DNA of 64,000 nucleotides from Escherichia coli (GCF_048403405.1 NZ_CP183129.1); one strand, 5' to 3'. Shown: positions 22,328-38,322, numbered from the stretch's first letter. The notes: generated from the letters alone by a model not told the origin. Translations and numbers: made by a program.

Positions 22328-23763
22328 TTTGCCTCCGATGCCAGTTCGTCAAAGACGTCTTTGCCAAGGGAGCATTCCGGGCACAGGAAGTTATCCGGGA
22401 CTTCACTCCACGGCGTTCCTGGCGCAACGTCCTGCATTGGCTCGCCTTTTGCCGGATCGTAAATCCACTGGCAGACGCTGCACTGCATCCGTGGGCCGAG
22501 GTCAGCCGTCGTGTTGGCAGAGGTTTCTTCTTTAACCACCGTATTCACCGTGCTCTGCGGCAGCGGCGCGAGCGCCCACTGACGGGCGATTTCGCGACCG
22601 TGTTCACGACATAACTCCAGAGCGTCCTGGTCCGGTCGCCATTTGGCTTTCAGGCTAAGCGACATTTCGAAACCCGCATCCTGCAGGCGCGTGGAAAGAC
22701 GATCCACCGCACCGCCGCTCCAGCCGTGAGAGCCGAAAGCACTGGCGCGTTTGTTACGAAAGCGTAAACCAGTCATCTCCTCCACCAGCCCGGCGATTTT
22801 TGGCATCATCACGTTATTCATCGTCGAAGTGCCGACCAGCACGCCTTTTGAGCGGAAGACATTGGTCAGGATTTCGTTTTTATCGCTTCGGGCGACGTTG
22901 AAAATTTTTACCGCCACGCGTGGGTCGGTTTCCGCAATACCCTGGGCGATAGCGTCAGCCATCATGCGGGTGTTATTCGACATGGTGTCGTAGAAAATGG
23001 TGATTCTGTCTTCCTGATAATCCGCCGCCCATTTCAGGTACAGCTCGACAATTTGCGTCGGGTTATCGCGCCATACCACGCCGTGAGAGGTCGCTATCAT
23101 ATCGACTGGCAAGTTAAAGCCCAGGATCTCGGTAATTTTCGGCGTTACCAGGCGGCTGAACGGCGTCAGGATATTGGCGTAGTAACGCTGGCACTGCTCG
23201 AAAAGCTCAGTCTGATCCACTTCATCGTTGAAAAGATGCTCGTCGCAGTAGTGCTGACCGAAAGCATCGTTACTGAACAGCACCGCGTCGCCTGTCAGGT
23301 AAGTCATCATGCTGTCCGGCCAGTGCAGCATTGGTGTTTCGACAAAAATGAGCTGTTTGCCGTTGCCGATATCCAGCATGTCGCCAGTTTTCACCACATT
23401 AAAATTCCACTCCGGATGATGGTGATGACCATTTATCGAGTCGATAGCGTTGGCAGTACAGTAGATCGGCGTATCGGGAATTTGTGCCATCAGTTCGGTC
23501 AGCGCCCCGGCGTGGTCCTCTTCTGCATGGTTAATCACGATGTAATCGATATCCGCCAGATCGATTTCATTACGCAGGTTCTGCACAAATTCGCGGCTGA
23601 ATTTATGGTCAACGGTGTCGATCAGCACGTTTTTTTCTTCGCGGATGAGGTAGCTGTTGTAGCTGCTGCCGCGCAGCGTTTTATATTCTGTGCCGTGAAA
23701 ATCACGCACTTCCCAGTCACGTTGACCAACCCAATGAATGTTATTTTTCACCACAATAGACAT
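22324..23763 (-). CDS. norV: Anaerobic nitric oxide reductase flavorubredoxin NorV (479 aa, full length)
   Basis: [24 protein letters not shown]..., metallo-beta-lactamase and flavodoxin domains plus a C-terminal rubredoxin CxxC...CxxC. Confidence 0.93.
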
Positions 23764-23807
23764 AGCAACCTCAATTTATTCAGCGTGTTCTAAAAAGATG
23801 TCTTGCT

Positions 23808-23828
23808 AATTGCAGATTGCGTGCCAGT
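23808..23828 (-). promoter_or_regulatory. Sigma-54 (-24/-12) promoter of norVW
   Basis: Minus strand reads cTGGCACgcaatcTGCAat, about 45-60 nt upstream of the norV ATG. Confidence 0.65.
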
Positions 23829-23881
23829 TTTTTATCTGATTGTTTTTACTCTATAAATAAAATTGTGCTCATTAATGAGTA

Positions 23882-23937
23882 GTCAAAATGACTATTAATC
23901 AAATGGTCGATATGACAATATCTATAGTCAAATTGAC
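23882..23937. promoter_or_regulatory. Three NorR enhancer sites (GT-N7-AC) in the norR-norV intergenic region
   Basis: GTCAAAATGAC (23882-23892), GTCGATATGAC (23906-23916) and GTCAAATTGAC (23927-23937) read directly from the sequence. Confidence 0.7.
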
Positions 23938-23949
23938 AGTGAGGCAAAG

Positions 23950-25464
23950 ATGAGTTTTTCCGTTGATGTGCTGGCGAATATCGCCATCGAATTGCAGCGT
24001 GGGATTGGTCATCAGGATCGTTTTCAGCGCCTGATCACCACGCTGCGTCAGGTGCTGGAGTGCGATGCGTCTGCATTGCTGCGTTACGACTCGCGGCAGT
24101 TTATTCCGCTTGCCATCGACGGGCTGGCAAAGGATGTACTCGGTAGACGCTTTGCGCTGGAAGGGCATCCACGGCTGGAAGCGATTGCCCGCGCCGGGGA
24201 CGTGGTGCGCTTTCCCGCAGACAGCGAATTGCCCGATCCCTATGACGGTTTGATTCTCGGGCAGGAGAGTCTGAAGGTTCACGCCTGCGTTGGTCTGCCA
24301 TTGTTTGCCGGGCAAAACCTGATCGGCGCATTGACGCTCGACGGGATGCAGCCCGATCAGTTCGATGTTTTCAGCGACGAAGAGTTACGGCTGATTGCCG
24401 CGCTGGCGGCGGGAGCGTTAAGCAATGCGTTGCTGATTGAGCAACTGGAAAGCCAGAATATGCTGCCGGGCGATGCCGCGCCGTTTGAAGCGGTGAAACA
24501 GACGCAGATGATTGGCTTGTCGCCAGGCATGACGCAATTGAAAAAAGAGATTGAGATTGTGGCGGCGTCCGATCTCAACGTCTTAATCAGCGGTGAGACG
24601 GGAACCGGTAAGGAGCTGGTGGCGAAAGCGATTCATGAAGCCTCGCCACGGGCGGTGAATCCGCTGGTCTATCTCAACTGTGCCGCACTGCCGGAAAGTG
24701 TGGCGGAAAGTGAACTGTTCGGGCATGTGAAAGGGGCGTTTACTGGTGCTATCAGTAACCGCAGCGGGAAGTTTGAAATGGCGGATAACGGCACACTGTT
24801 TCTCGATGAGATCGGCGAGTTGTCGTTGGCATTGCAGGCCAAGTTGCTGCGAGTGTTGCAGTATGGCGATATTCAGCGTGTTGGCGATGACCGCAGTTTG
24901 CGGGTCGATGTGCGCGTGCTGGCGGCGACTAACCGCGACTTACGCGAAGAGGTACTGGCAGGGCGATTCCGCGCTGACTTGTTCCACCGCCTGAGCGTGT
25001 TTCCACTTTCGGTGCCGCCGCTGCGTGAGCGGGGCGATGATGTCATTCTGCTGGCGGGGTATTTCTGCGAGCAGTGTCGTTTGCGGCTGGGGCTCTCCCG
25101 CGTGGTATTAAGTGCCGGGGCGCGAAATTTACTGCAACACTACAGTTTTCCGGGAAACGTGCGCGAACTGGAACATGCTATTCATCGGGCGGTAGTACTG
25201 TCGAGAGCCACTCGCAGCGGCGATGAAGTGATTCTTGAGGCGCAACATTTTGCTTTTCCTGAGGTGACGTTGCCGCCGCCAGAAGCGGCGGCGGTGCCCG
25301 TTGTTAAGCAAAACCTGCGTGAAGCGACAGAAGCGTTCCAGCGTGAAACTATTCGTCAGGCACTGGCACAAAATCATCACAACTGGGCTGCCTGTGCGCG
25401 GATGCTGGAAACCGACGTCGCCAACCTGCATCGGCTGGCGAAACGTCTGGGATTGAAGGATTAA
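23950..25464 (+). CDS. norR: Sigma-54-dependent nitric oxide response regulator NorR (504 aa)
   Basis: N-terminal GAF domain, AAA+ sigma-54 activator core ([14 protein letters not shown]) and C-terminal HTH; divergent from norVW. Confidence 0.93.
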   Translation: MSFSVDVLANIAIELQRGIGHQDRFQRLITTLRQVLECDASALLRYDSRQFIPLAIDGLAKDVLGRRFALEGHPRLEAIARAGDVVRFPADSELPDPYDGLILGQESLKVHACVGLPLFAGQNLIGALTLDGMQPDQFDVFSDEELRLIAALAAGALSNALLIEQLESQNMLPGDAAPFEAVKQTQMIGLSPGMTQLKKEIEIVAASDLNVLISGETGTGKELVAKAIHEASPRAVNPLVYLNCAALPESVAESELFGHVKGAFTGAISNRSGKFEMADNGTLFLDEIGELSLALQAKLLRVLQYGDIQRVGDDRSLRVDVRVLAATNRDLREEVLAGRFRADLFHRLSVFPLSVPPLRERGDDVILLAGYFCEQCRLRLGLSRVVLSAGARNLLQHYSFPGNVRELEHAIHRAVVLSRATRSGDEVILEAQHFAFPEVTLPPPEAAAVPVVKQNLREATEAFQRETIRQALAQNHHNWAACARMLETDVANLHRLAKRLGLKD

Positions 25465-26426
25465 ATAATCCCGGCCTGATAGAAATCCTGCAGGTTAATT
25501 GCGCCGGTGAGTTTGCCGTTTTCATCTACCACCGGTGCGGCAGTGATTTTGCGCTTCATCAGGATCTCTTTGGCGTCGATGGCACGGCTTTGCGCCTGTA
25601 ATGTGGTGCCGCCTGTCGTCATCGCTTCATTAACTGGCGTGGTGAGTGCGCCGCCGCCAACCAGCCAGCGACGTAAATCGCCGTCGGTAAAGACGCCTTG
25701 TACCTGTTGTTGAGCGTCACATACCGCCACCAGCCCCAGACCAGTGCGGCTGAGTTCCAGCATCGCATCCATCACGCTGGCGGTTAACGCTACCTGCGGG
25801 ATAGCGTCATCACGGCGCATCAGATGATGCACTTTATTCAGCAAGCGAGCACCCAATGCTCCAGCAGGGTGGGAGCGGGCAAAATCTTCTTCATTAAATC
25901 CGCGCGCCTGCATGACCGCCATCGCCAGCGCGTCACCCATCATCAGGGTATTGACGGTGCTGGAGGTCGGCGCAAGGTGCATCGGACAGGCTTCGCGTTC
26001 TACGGAGATATCCAGCACCGCTTTCGCCGCCAGGCCCAGCGGTGACGTCGGTTTGCCGGTCATCGCCAGCAGTGCGATAGATTTATCTTCCAGACGCGGA
26101 ATAATCAGATCCAGTTCCTTCGCGCCACCGGAGTAAGAGATAAACAGCATCACATCGCGGCTTTCGATCATCCCCAGATCGCCGTGCAGTGCCTCTGCCG
26201 GATGGACAAAAAAAGCCGGTGTGCCGGTACTGGCAAGCGTTGCGGCGATTTTCTTACCAATGTGGCCCGATTTGCCAATTCCCGAAACCACCACTTTGCC
26301 TTCGCAGTGCAGGATGATATTGGCGGCGCGAACAAAATCATCGCCCAGACGTTCCGGTAAACGGCTTGCTTCCTGCAACTCCAGCATTAACGTCTGACGT
26401 CCCGCGTTCAGTAGTGCTTCACTCAT
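25461..26426 (-). CDS. gutQ: D-arabinose 5-phosphate isomerase GutQ (SIS + CBS domains, 321 aa)
   Basis: [27 protein letters not shown]...; last gene of the srl operon. Confidence 0.92.
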   Translation of the reverse strand: MSEALLNAGRQTLMLELQEASRLPERLGDDFVRAANIILHCEGKVVVSGIGKSGHIGKKIAATLASTGTPAFFVHPAEALHGDLGMIESRDVMLFISYSGGAKELDLIIPRLEDKSIALLAMTGKPTSPLGLAAKAVLDISVEREACPMHLAPTSSTVNTLMMGDALAMAVMQARGFNEEDFARSHPAGALGARLLNKVHHLMRRDDAIPQVALTASVMDAMLELSRTGLGLVAVCDAQQQVQGVFTDGDLRRWLVGGGALTTPVNEAMTTGGTTLQAQSRAIDAKEILMKRKITAAPVVDENGKLTGAINLQDFYQAGII

Positions 26427-27192
26427 TGCTCTCTCCGGTTATGATCACATCGATCCCTTTCTTTTCCAGCGCCTGACGAAACGCTGGATCGATACCTGCG
26501 TCGGTAATTAGCTTATCGACGCTTTCAAGACTGCAAACTACGTTGGGGCTTTTACGGCCAAACTTTGATGAGTCTGCCATCAAAATCACTTCGCGCGCGG
26601 CATTGCACATTGCCTTACTGACGGTATAAACCTCGTTGAACGTGGTTACGCCCGCATTGAGATCGATGCCGTCGGTGCCCATAAACAATTTATCGAAGGT
26701 GAAATGCTCGAAGGCATTCTCTGCCAGTTGCCCGTGAAATGAGGCCGATTTTTTACGAAATGTTCCGCCTGGCATCAGGATAGTTTGTTCGTTATCCAGT
26801 TCGGATAGCGCATTGACGATATGCAGGCTGTTGGTCATCACTGTGATGTTATTAAAGCGCGAGAGCAGGGGAACCATCTGCAAAACGGTACTGCCAGCAT
26901 CAAGAATGATCGAATCGCCATCATGGATAAAACTAACGGCAGCTTCTGCAATCAGCTCTTTCTTGTGGGTGTTGATGAGTGTTTTATGATCGATAGGCGG
27001 ATCGGATTCCTCTTTATTCAACACCACTCCGCCATAAGTACGAATGACGGTTCCGGCATGTTCCAGAATGACCAGATCTTTGCGAATGGTTGTGCCTGTG
27101 GTGTCAAAGTATTGCGCCAATTCTTCAACCGAGCATTTACCCTGCTTTTGCAGATACTCCAGAATGGCGGCCTGACGCTGACGAGGTTTCAT
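26419..27192 (-). CDS. srlR: DeoR-family glucitol operon repressor (257 aa)
   Basis: [40 protein letters not shown]..., DeoR HTH. Confidence 0.92.
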   Translation of the reverse strand: MKPRQRQAAILEYLQKQGKCSVEELAQYFDTTGTTIRKDLVILEHAGTVIRTYGGVVLNKEESDPPIDHKTLINTHKKELIAEAAVSFIHDGDSIILDAGSTVLQMVPLLSRFNNITVMTNSLHIVNALSELDNEQTILMPGGTFRKKSASFHGQLAENAFEHFTFDKLFMGTDGIDLNAGVTTFNEVYTVSKAMCNAAREVILMADSSKFGRKSPNVVCSLESVDKLITDAGIDPAFRQALEKKGIDVIITGESNE

Positions 27193-27258
27193 GGGCGTGA
27201 TTACCTGATTTAGGTTTCAAAATGATAACTTCGCAAGCAAGTAACATTCACAACGAAA

Positions 27259-27618
27259 TTATCCACGTTTCAGTTTAAGCGCCAATGATAGAGCATTCTG
27301 TGATAGTGGATCATGGGGAAAGATCACATCGGGCTGTAAATCACCCGCATACATACCGGTAATTGCGGGAATTTTTTGCGGTCGGGCGAAGACGGTCAGT
27401 CCTTTCATAAACAAGGTGTCGACGATGCGTTGCTGATCGTCCAGGGCGATGGCGACCACGACCCGCGGTTTAAAGCGCCCGCTGGAACGGCCCACGCCAA
27501 CCCGCCCTTGCTGGCATAGTGTGTCGAAGGCACGGTTAAAACGAGAAATTTGCCAACCGCCTAAGGCCAGTTGCGCACACCAGGCGATAACGGCGACGGT
27601 GATGAGTGCGGATACCAT
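27259..27618 (-). CDS. gutM: Glucitol operon activator GutM (119 aa)
   Basis: MVSALITVAVIAWCAQLALGGWQISRFNRAFD...; operon position. Confidence 0.9.
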   Translation of the reverse strand: MVSALITVAVIAWCAQLALGGWQISRFNRAFDTLCQQGRVGVGRSSGRFKPRVVVAIALDDQQRIVDTLFMKGLTVFARPQKIPAITGMYAGDLQPDVIFPHDPLSQNALSLALKLKRG

Positions 27619-27723
27619 AACTTCTCCGTAATGTAGTGGCGGAAGTCCTGTATGCCTGATGAGCGTAGCGCATCAGGCATTCTATTAGTCGCGCGGAGAT
27701 CCTTAAAAGATCTCCGCTGTTGA

Positions 27724-28878
<1,155 letters not shown>

Positions 28879-28888
28879 GTTTCAGCCT

Positions 28889-30426
<1,538 letters not shown>

Positions 30427-30663
30427 TTATTGTTTTATTACCAAACGGCAACCTAATCTAATCAGATTGAAAGATTTAAAAGTGTTATTTTGATCGCAAA
30501 ATGAAAGATAAATATTTTAACTTGAAAGTTTAAATAAAAGGATAGCGAGGAGAATGAGTTGAGTTATGTAAAGTCCGTATCGGGCAGTGACTACCGCTTC
30601 CTTGTGCGGGGCGTGATGCTTTACCATACTTGCCCCTGGTTGAATCTGTTAAATGGACCCCTC

Positions 30664-31749
30664 ATGTTCAAGCGTCGTTATGTAACATTGCTTCCCCTTT
30701 TTGTGTTGCTTGCCGCCTGTAGCAGCAAGCCAAAACCTACTGAGACTGAAACGACCACCGGAACGCCGTCTGGCGGCTTCCTGCTTGAGCCGCAGCACAA
30801 TGTGATGCAGATGGGCGGCGATTTCGCTAATAACCCGAATGCCCAGCAGTTCATCGACAAAATGGTGAACAAACACGGTTTCGATCGTCAGCAGTTGCAG
30901 GAAATTCTCTCCCAGGCGAAACGTCTGGATTCGGTACTGCGGCTGATGGATAACCAGGCACCAACCACATCGGTGAAACCGCCATCAGGTCCGAACGGCG
31001 CATGGCTGCGTTATCGCAAAAAATTTATTACGCCGGACAACGTGCAGAACGGTGTGGTTTTCTGGAATCAGTATGAAGATGCGCTGAATCGCGCGTGGCA
31101 GGTGTATGGCGTACCGCCGGAAATTATCGTCGGGATTATCGGCGTTGAAACGCGCTGGGGGCGCGTGATGGGGAAAACTCGCATCCTCGATGCGCTGGCA
31201 ACGCTGTCATTTAACTACCCACGCCGCGCGGAGTATTTCTCTGGCGAGCTGGAAACTTTCCTGCTGATGGCGCGCGACGAGCAGGACGATCCGCTCAATC
31301 TGAAAGGTTCCTTTGCCGGGGCGATGGGCTACGGACAGTTTATGCCGTCGTCTTACAAACAATACGCGGTAGATTTCAGCGGCGACGGGCATATCAACCT
31401 GTGGGATCCGGTTGATGCCATTGGTAGTGTGGCGAACTATTTCAAAGCGCACGGCTGGGTGAAAGGTGATCAGGTTGCGGTGATGGCAAACGGTCAGGCT
31501 CCAGGCTTGCCAAATGGCTTCAAAACCAAGTACAGCATTTCGCAGCTTGCCGCGGCAGGTTTAACGCCACAGCAGCCGCTGGGCAACCATCAACAAGCCA
31601 GCCTGCTGCGTCTGGATGTCGGTACCGGTTACCAGTACTGGTACGGTCTGCCGAACTTCTACACCATCACCCGTTACAACCACAGTACCCATTACGCAAT
31701 GGCGGTCTGGCAGTTAGGACAAGCCGTGGCGCTGGCGCGCGTGCAGTAA
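30664..31749 (+). CDS. mltB: Membrane-bound lytic murein transglycosylase B (lipoprotein, 361 aa)
   Basis: MFKRRYVTLLPLFVLLAACSSKP... (lipobox LAAC); the track ORF extends upstream to 30559 (TTG), but the lipoprotein signal fits a start at 30664. Confidence 0.9.
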   Translation: MFKRRYVTLLPLFVLLAACSSKPKPTETETTTGTPSGGFLLEPQHNVMQMGGDFANNPNAQQFIDKMVNKHGFDRQQLQEILSQAKRLDSVLRLMDNQAPTTSVKPPSGPNGAWLRYRKKFITPDNVQNGVVFWNQYEDALNRAWQVYGVPPEIIVGIIGVETRWGRVMGKTRILDALATLSFNYPRRAEYFSGELETFLLMARDEQDDPLNLKGSFAGAMGYGQFMPSSYKQYAVDFSGDGHINLWDPVDAIGSVANYFKAHGWVKGDQVAVMANGQAPGLPNGFKTKYSISQLAAAGLTPQQPLGNHQQASLLRLDVGTGYQYWYGLPNFYTITRYNHSTHYAMAVWQLGQAVALARVQ

Positions 31750-31893
31750 CTACTTGCAAGAGGGGAGCGTGAGCTTCCCTCTGGCTAATCAGCTTTTTTC
31801 TGAATCCTCCTCGTAAAATTGCAACGCCAACACCATCTTCCTGACGAAAGTGCTATCTTGTCCGGCATAAATTTTTGACTGACAGAGGTTGTG

Positions 31894-32391
31894 ATGACTG
31901 ACAGTGAACTGATGCAGTTAAGCGAACAGGTTGGGCAGGCGCTGAAAGCCCGTGGCGCAACCGTAACAACTGCTGAGTCTTGTACCGGTGGTTGGGTAGC
32001 GAAAGTGATTACCGATATTGCCGGCAGTTCCGCCTGGTTTGAACGCGGATTTGTCACCTACAGTAACGAAGCGAAAGCGCAAATGATCGGTGTACGCGAA
32101 GAGACGCTGGCGCAGCATGGCGCGGTGAGCGAACCTGTCGTGGTGGAAATGGCGATAGGCGCACTGAAAGCGGCTCGTGCTGATTATGCTGTGTCTATTA
32201 GTGGTATCGCCGGGCCGGATGGCGGCAGTGAAGAGAAGCCTGTCGGCACCGTCTGGTTTGCTTTTGCCACCGCCCGCGGCGAAGGTATTACCCGGCGGGA
32301 ATGCTTCAGCGGTGACCGTGATGCGGTGCGTCGTCAGGCTACTGCGTATGCATTGCAGACCTTGTGGCAACAATTTCTACAAAACACTTGA
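31894..32391 (+). CDS. pncC: NMN amidohydrolase, CinA C-terminal-domain family (165 aa)
   Basis: MTDSELMQLSEQVGQALKARGATVTTAESCTGGWVAKVITDIAGSS... Confidence 0.9.
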   Translation: MTDSELMQLSEQVGQALKARGATVTTAESCTGGWVAKVITDIAGSSAWFERGFVTYSNEAKAQMIGVREETLAQHGAVSEPVVVEMAIGALKAARADYAVSISGIAGPDGGSEEKPVGTVWFAFATARGEGITRRECFSGDRDAVRRQATAYALQTLWQQFLQNT

Positions 32392-33532
<1,141 letters not shown>

Positions 33533-33552
33533 TCGTCTTGTTTGATACACAA

Positions 33553-33582
33553 GGGTCGCATCTGCGGCCCTTTTGCTTTTTT
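33553..33582 (+). terminator. Rho-independent terminator downstream of recA
   Basis: GGGTCGCATCTGCGGCCC hairpin followed by TTTTGCTTTTTT. Confidence 0.6.
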
Positions 33583-33600
33583 AAGTTGTAAGGATATGCC

Positions 33601-34101
33601 ATGACAGAATCAACGTCCCGTCGCCCGGCATATGCTCGCCTGTTGGATCGTGCGGTACGCATTCTGGCGGTGCGCGATCACAGTGAGCAAGAACTGCGAC
33701 GTAAACTCGCGGCACCGATTATGGGCAAAAATGGCCCGGAAGAGATTGATGCCACGGCAGAAGATTACGAGCGCGTTATCGCCTGGTGCCATGAACATGG
33801 CTATCTCGATGACAGCCGATTTGTTGCGCGCTTTATCGCCAGCCGTAGCCGCAAAGGTTATGGACCTGCGCGTATTCGTCAGGAACTGAATCAGAAAGGT
33901 ATTTCCCGCGAAGCGACAGAAAAAGCGATGCGTGAATGTGACATCGACTGGTGCGCACTGGCGCGCGATCAGGCGACGCGAAAATATGGCGAACCTTTGC
34001 CAACTGTCTTTTCAGAAAAAGTTAAGATCCAGCGTTTTCTGCTCTATCGTGGCTATCTGATGGAAGATATCCAGGATATTTGGCGAAATTTTGCCGACTG
34101 A
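33601..34101 (+). CDS. recX: RecA regulator RecX (166 aa)
   Basis: [36 protein letters not shown]... Confidence 0.93.
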   Translation: MTESTSRRPAYARLLDRAVRILAVRDHSEQELRRKLAAPIMGKNGPEEIDATAEDYERVIAWCHEHGYLDDSRFVARFIASRSRKGYGPARIRQELNQKGISREATEKAMRECDIDWCALARDQATRKYGEPLPTVFSEKVKIQRFLLYRGYLMEDIQDIWRNFAD

Positions 34102-34228
34102 ACGCATACGGTATTTTACTTCCCAGTCAAGAAAACTTATCTTATTCCCACTTTTCAGTTACCAGCCCGGCGGTTAAGACACGCTGGAGCTGGTGGCGAT
34201 ATTTCGTTAGCTTGATTTCAGGATAATT

Positions 34229-36859
34229 ATGAGCAAGAGCACCGCTGAGATCCGTCAGGCGTTTCTCGACTTTTTCCATAGTAAGGGACATCAGGTAGTT
34301 GCCAGCAGCTCCCTGGTACCCCATAACGACCCAACTTTGTTGTTTACCAACGCCGGGATGAACCAGTTCAAGGATGTGTTCCTTGGGCTCGACAAGCGTA
34401 ATTATTCCCGCGCTACCACTTCCCAACGCTGCGTGCGTGCGGGTGGTAAACACAACGACCTGGAAAACGTCGGTTACACCGCGCGTCATCATACCTTCTT
34501 CGAAATGCTGGGCAACTTCAGCTTCGGCGACTATTTCAAACACGATGCCATTCAGTTTGCATGGGAACTGCTGACCAGTGAAAAATGGTTTGCCCTGCCG
34601 AAAGAGCGTCTGTGGGTTACCGTCTATGAAAGCGACGACGAAGCCTACGAAATCTGGGAAAAAGAAGTAGGGATCCCGCGCGAACGTATTATTCGCATCG
34701 GCGATAACAAAGGTGCGCCATACGCATCTGACAACTTCTGGCAGATGGGTGACACTGGTCCGTGCGGCCCGTGCACCGAAATCTTCTACGATCACGGCGA
34801 CCACATTTGGGGTGGCCCTCCGGGAAGTCCGGAAGAAGACGGCGATCGCTACATTGAGATCTGGAACATCGTCTTCATGCAGTTCAACCGCCAGGCAGAT
34901 GGCACGATGGAACCGCTGCCGAAGCCGTCTGTAGATACCGGTATGGGTCTGGAGCGTATTGCTGCGGTGCTGCAACACGTTAACTCTAACTATGACATCG
35001 ACCTGTTCCGCACGCTGATCCAGGCGGTAGCGAAAGTCACTGGCGCGACCGATCTGAGCAATAAATCGCTGCGCGTAATCGCTGACCACATTCGTTCTTG
35101 TGCGTTCCTGATCGCGGATGGCGTAATGCCGTCCAATGAAAACCGTGGTTATGTACTGCGTCGTATCATTCGTCGCGCAGTGCGTCACGGCAATATGCTG
35201 GGCGCGAAAGAAACCTTCTTCTACAAACTGGTTGGTCCGCTGATCGACGTAATGGGCTCTGCGGGTGAAGACCTGAAACGCCAGCAGGCGCAGGTTGAGC
35301 AGGTGCTGAAGACTGAAGAAGAGCAGTTTGCCCGTACTCTGGAGCGCGGTCTGGCGCTGCTGGATGAAGAGCTGGCAAAACTTTCTGGTGATACGCTGGA
35401 TGGTGAAACGGCTTTCCGTCTGTACGACACCTATGGCTTCCCGGTTGACCTGACGGCTGATGTTTGTCGTGAGCGCAACATCAAAGTTGACGAAGCTGGT
35501 TTCGAAGCAGCAATGGAAGAGCAGCGTCGTCGCGCGCGCGAAGCCAGCGGCTTTGGTGCCGATTACAACGCAATGATCCGTGTTGACAGTGCATCTGAAT
35601 TTAAAGGCTATGACCATCTGGAACTGAACGGCAAAGTGACCGCGCTGTTTGTTGATGGTAAAGCGGTTGATGCCATCAATGCAGGCCAGGAAGCTGTGGT
35701 CGTGCTGGATCAAACGCCATTCTATGCGGAATCCGGCGGTCAGGTTGGCGATAAAGGCGAACTGAAAGGCGCTAACTTCTCCTTTGCGGTGGAAGATACG
35801 CAGAAATACGGCCAGGCGATTGGTCACATCGGTAAACTTGCTGCGGGTTCTCTGAAAGTGGGCGACGCGGTGCAGGCGGATGTTGATGAGGCTCGTCGCG
35901 CCCGTATTCGTCTGAATCACTCCGCAACGCACCTGATGCACGCTGCGCTGCGCCAGGTTCTGGGTACTCATGTATCGCAGAAAGGTTCACTGGTTAACGA
36001 CAAAGTGCTGCGCTTCGACTTCTCACACAACGAAGCGATGAAACCGGAAGAGATTCGTGCGGTCGAAGACCTGGTGAACGCACAGATTCGTCGCAATTTG
36101 CCTATCGAAACCAACATCATGGATCTCGAAGCGGCGAAAGCGAAAGGCGCTATGGCGCTGTTCGGCGAGAAGTATGATGAGCGCGTACGCGTGCTGAGCA
36201 TGGGCGATTTCTCCACCGAGCTGTGTGGCGGTACTCACGCCAGCCGCACTGGTGATATTGGTCTGTTCCGCATCATCTCTGAATCGGGTACTGCTGCAGG
36301 CGTTCGTCGTATCGAAGCGGTAACCGGAGAAGGCGCTATCGCCACCGTTCATGCAGACAGCGATCGCTTAAGCGAAGTCGCACATCTGCTGAAAGGCGAT
36401 AGCAATAATCTGGCTGATAAAGTGCGTTCAGTACTGGAACGTACGCGTCAGCTGGAAAAAGAACTACAACAGCTTAAAGAACAAGCTGCCGCACAGGAGA
36501 GCGCAAATCTTTCCAGTAAGGCAATTGATGTTAATGGTGTTAAGCTGTTGGTTAGCGAGCTTAGCGGTGTTGAGCCGAAAATGTTGCGTACCATGGTTGA
36601 CGATTTAAAAAATCAGCTGGGGTCGACAATTATCGTGCTGGCAACGGTAGCCGAAGGTAAGGTTTCTCTGATTGCAGGCGTATCTAAGGACGTCACAGAT
36701 CGTGTGAAAGCAGGGGAACTGATTGGTATGGTCGCTCAGCAGGTGGGCGGCAAGGGTGGTGGACGTCCTGACATGGCGCAAGCCGGTGGTACGGATGCTG
36801 CGGCCTTACCTGCAGCGTTAGCCAGTGTGAAAGGCTGGGTCAGCGCGAAATTGCAATAA
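34229..36859 (+). CDS. alaS: Alanine--tRNA ligase (876 aa)
   Basis: [31 protein letters not shown]..., class II aaRS motifs. Confidence 0.97.
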   Translation: MSKSTAEIRQAFLDFFHSKGHQVVASSSLVPHNDPTLLFTNAGMNQFKDVFLGLDKRNYSRATTSQRCVRAGGKHNDLENVGYTARHHTFFEMLGNFSFGDYFKHDAIQFAWELLTSEKWFALPKERLWVTVYESDDEAYEIWEKEVGIPRERIIRIGDNKGAPYASDNFWQMGDTGPCGPCTEIFYDHGDHIWGGPPGSPEEDGDRYIEIWNIVFMQFNRQADGTMEPLPKPSVDTGMGLERIAAVLQHVNSNYDIDLFRTLIQAVAKVTGATDLSNKSLRVIADHIRSCAFLIADGVMPSNENRGYVLRRIIRRAVRHGNMLGAKETFFYKLVGPLIDVMGSAGEDLKRQQAQVEQVLKTEEEQFARTLERGLALLDEELAKLSGDTLDGETAFRLYDTYGFPVDLTADVCRERNIKVDEAGFEAAMEEQRRRAREASGFGADYNAMIRVDSASEFKGYDHLELNGKVTALFVDGKAVDAINAGQEAVVVLDQTPFYAESGGQVGDKGELKGANFSFAVEDTQKYGQAIGHIGKLAAGSLKVGDAVQADVDEARRARIRLNHSATHLMHAALRQVLGTHVSQKGSLVNDKVLRFDFSHNEAMKPEEIRAVEDLVNAQIRRNLPIETNIMDLEAAKAKGAMALFGEKYDERVRVLSMGDFSTELCGGTHASRTGDIGLFRIISESGTAAGVRRIEAVTGEGAIATVHADSDRLSEVAHLLKGDSNNLADKVRSVLERTRQLEKELQQLKEQAAAQESANLSSKAIDVNGVKLLVSELSGVEPKMLRTMVDDLKNQLGSTIIVLATVAEGKVSLIAGVSKDVTDRVKAGELIGMVAQQVGGKGGGRPDMAQAGGTDAAALPAALASVKGWVSAKLQ

Positions 36860-37093
36860 TATAAGCGTCAGGCAATGCCGTGGACTCGCTTCACGGCATT
36901 CGCATTAACGCTATCGACAACGATAAAGTCAGGTTGAAGTTGTGTATATCGGCTAAACTTAGGTTTAACAGAATGTAATGCCATGACTGCTTACATGTAA
37001 TGTGTTTGTCATTGCTTACTTTTTGGCGTTATATGATGGATAATGCCGGGATACAGAGAGACCCGACTCTTTTAATCTTTCAAGGAGCAAAGA

Positions 37094-37279
37094 ATGCTGA
37101 TTCTGACTCGTCGAGTTGGTGAGACCCTCATGATTGGGGATGAGGTCACCGTGACAGTTTTAGGGGTAAAGGGCAACCAGGTACGTATTGGCGTAAATGC
37201 CCCGAAGGAAGTTTCTGTTCACCGTGAAGAGATCTACCAGCGTATCCAGGCTGAAAAATCCCAGCAGTCCAGTTACTAA
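37094..37279 (+). CDS. csrA: Carbon storage regulator CsrA (61 aa)
   Basis: [61 protein letters not shown]. Confidence 0.97.
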
Positions 37280-37594
37280 TCTTTCCGCGTCTCATCTTTA
37301 TCGGTGAGACGCACCCTCAAAATTTCTCCTTCACTCTATAGTCTTTTCGCTTTACTCCCGTTCATTCAACTTAAGTCTCCATTTTTTTGCATTACTGCTA
37401 TCTGACAGACCTCCGTTTTTCTGTTGATAAAACACTCTTTTTGACGTTTTTACAGACTAATTGAGCGTGAAGTGTGCAAACGATAAAAGTGTGGGAAAAA
37501 TTGTTTGACTTATAAGTCTCAGAAAGTAATATGTGCGCCACGCAGCGACGATGAGCGATAAACAAGTTCTTCGAAGCACTCGTAAGAGGCGTGT

Positions 37595-37687
37595 GGTGAG
37601 GTGGCCGAGAGGCTGAAGGCGCTCCCCTGCTAAGGGAGTATGCGGTCAAAAGCTGCATCCGGGGTTCGAATCCCCGCCTCACCGCCA
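37595..37687 (+). tRNA. serV: tRNA-Ser (anticodon GCU)
   Basis: GGTGAGGTGGCCGAGAGGCTGAAGGCGCTCCCCTGCTAAGGGAG...CCCCGCCTCACCGCCA; long variable arm, CCA encoded. Confidence 0.93.
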
Positions 37688-37690
37688 TTT

Positions 37691-37767
37691 GCATCCGTAG
37701 CTCAGCTGGATAGAGTACTCGGCTACGAACCGAGCGGTCGGAGGTTCGAATCCTCCCGGATGCACCA
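37691..37767 (+). tRNA. argV: tRNA-Arg (anticodon ACG), copy 1
   Basis: GCATCCGTAGCTCAGCTGGATAGAGTACTCGGCTACGAACCGAGCGGTCGGAGGTTCGAATCCTCCCGGATGCACCA; 3 nt after serV. Confidence 0.93.
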
Positions 37768-37901
37768 TATTCTACGTACTTTCAGCGATGAAGGTATGGA
37801 AGAGGTGGCGGTAATAACCGCAGGCACCAGGGAGGATAACGTTGCTTTAGCAACGGCCCGAAGGGCGAGCCGCAAGGCGAGTAATCCTCCCGGATGCACC
37901 A
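37768..37901 (+). repeat. ~134-nt tRNA-associated repeat ending in a copy of the tRNA-Arg 3' end, copy A
   Basis: atattctacgtactttcagcgatgaaggtatggaagagg...aatcctcccggatgcacca; the last ~19 nt equal the T-arm/acceptor 3' end plus CCA of tRNA-Arg; a near-identical copy lies at 38323-38455. Confidence 0.7.
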
Positions 37902-37965
37902 TCTCTTACTTGATACGGCTTTAGTAGCGGTATCAAAAAATCTGCAGTAAAGTAAGTTTCCCGAT

Positions 37966-38042
37966 GCATCCGTAGCTCAGCTGGATAGAGTACTCGGCTA
38001 CGAACCGAGCGGTCGGAGGTTCGAATCCTCCCGGATGCACCA
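37966..38042 (+). tRNA. tRNA-Arg (ACG), copy 2
   Basis: Identical 77-nt tRNA-Arg sequence. Confidence 0.93.
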
Positions 38043-38105
38043 TCTCTTACTTGATATGGCTTTAGTAGCGGTATCAATATCAGCAGTAAAATAAATTTTC
38101 CCGAT

Positions 38106-38182
38106 GCATCCGTAGCTCAGCTGGATAGAGTACTCGGCTACGAACCGAGCGGTCGGAGGTTCGAATCCTCCCGGATGCACCA
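38106..38182 (+). tRNA. tRNA-Arg (ACG), copy 3
   Basis: Identical 77-nt tRNA-Arg sequence; 63-nt spacer from copy 2. Confidence 0.93.
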
Positions 38183-38245
38183 TCTCTTACTTGATATGGC
38201 TTTAGTAGCGATATCAATATCAGCAGTAAAATAAGTTTTCCCGAT

Positions 38246-38322
38246 GCATCCGTAGCTCAGCTGGATAGAGTACTCGGCTACGAACCGAGCGGTCGGAGGT
38301 TCGAATCCTCCCGGATGCACCA
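38246..38322 (+). tRNA. tRNA-Arg (ACG), copy 4
   Basis: Identical 77-nt tRNA-Arg sequence; 63-nt spacer from copy 3. Confidence 0.93.

Noticed and set aside
23053-23793. 246-aa plus-strand ORF inside norV
   Set aside because: Antisense to norV; no recognisable domain; overlaps the mapped norV promoter.
34142-35971. 609-aa minus-strand ORF overlapping recX end and alaS
   Set aside because: Antisense to alaS, whose translation is unmistakable; a long open antisense frame is a known artefact of codon bias.
37280-37594. Possible csrA terminator and serV promoter features
   Set aside because: A hairpin (GCGTCTCA...TGAGACGC, 37287-37312) is present but lacks a clear U-run, and promoter hexamers could not be assigned confidently by eye.
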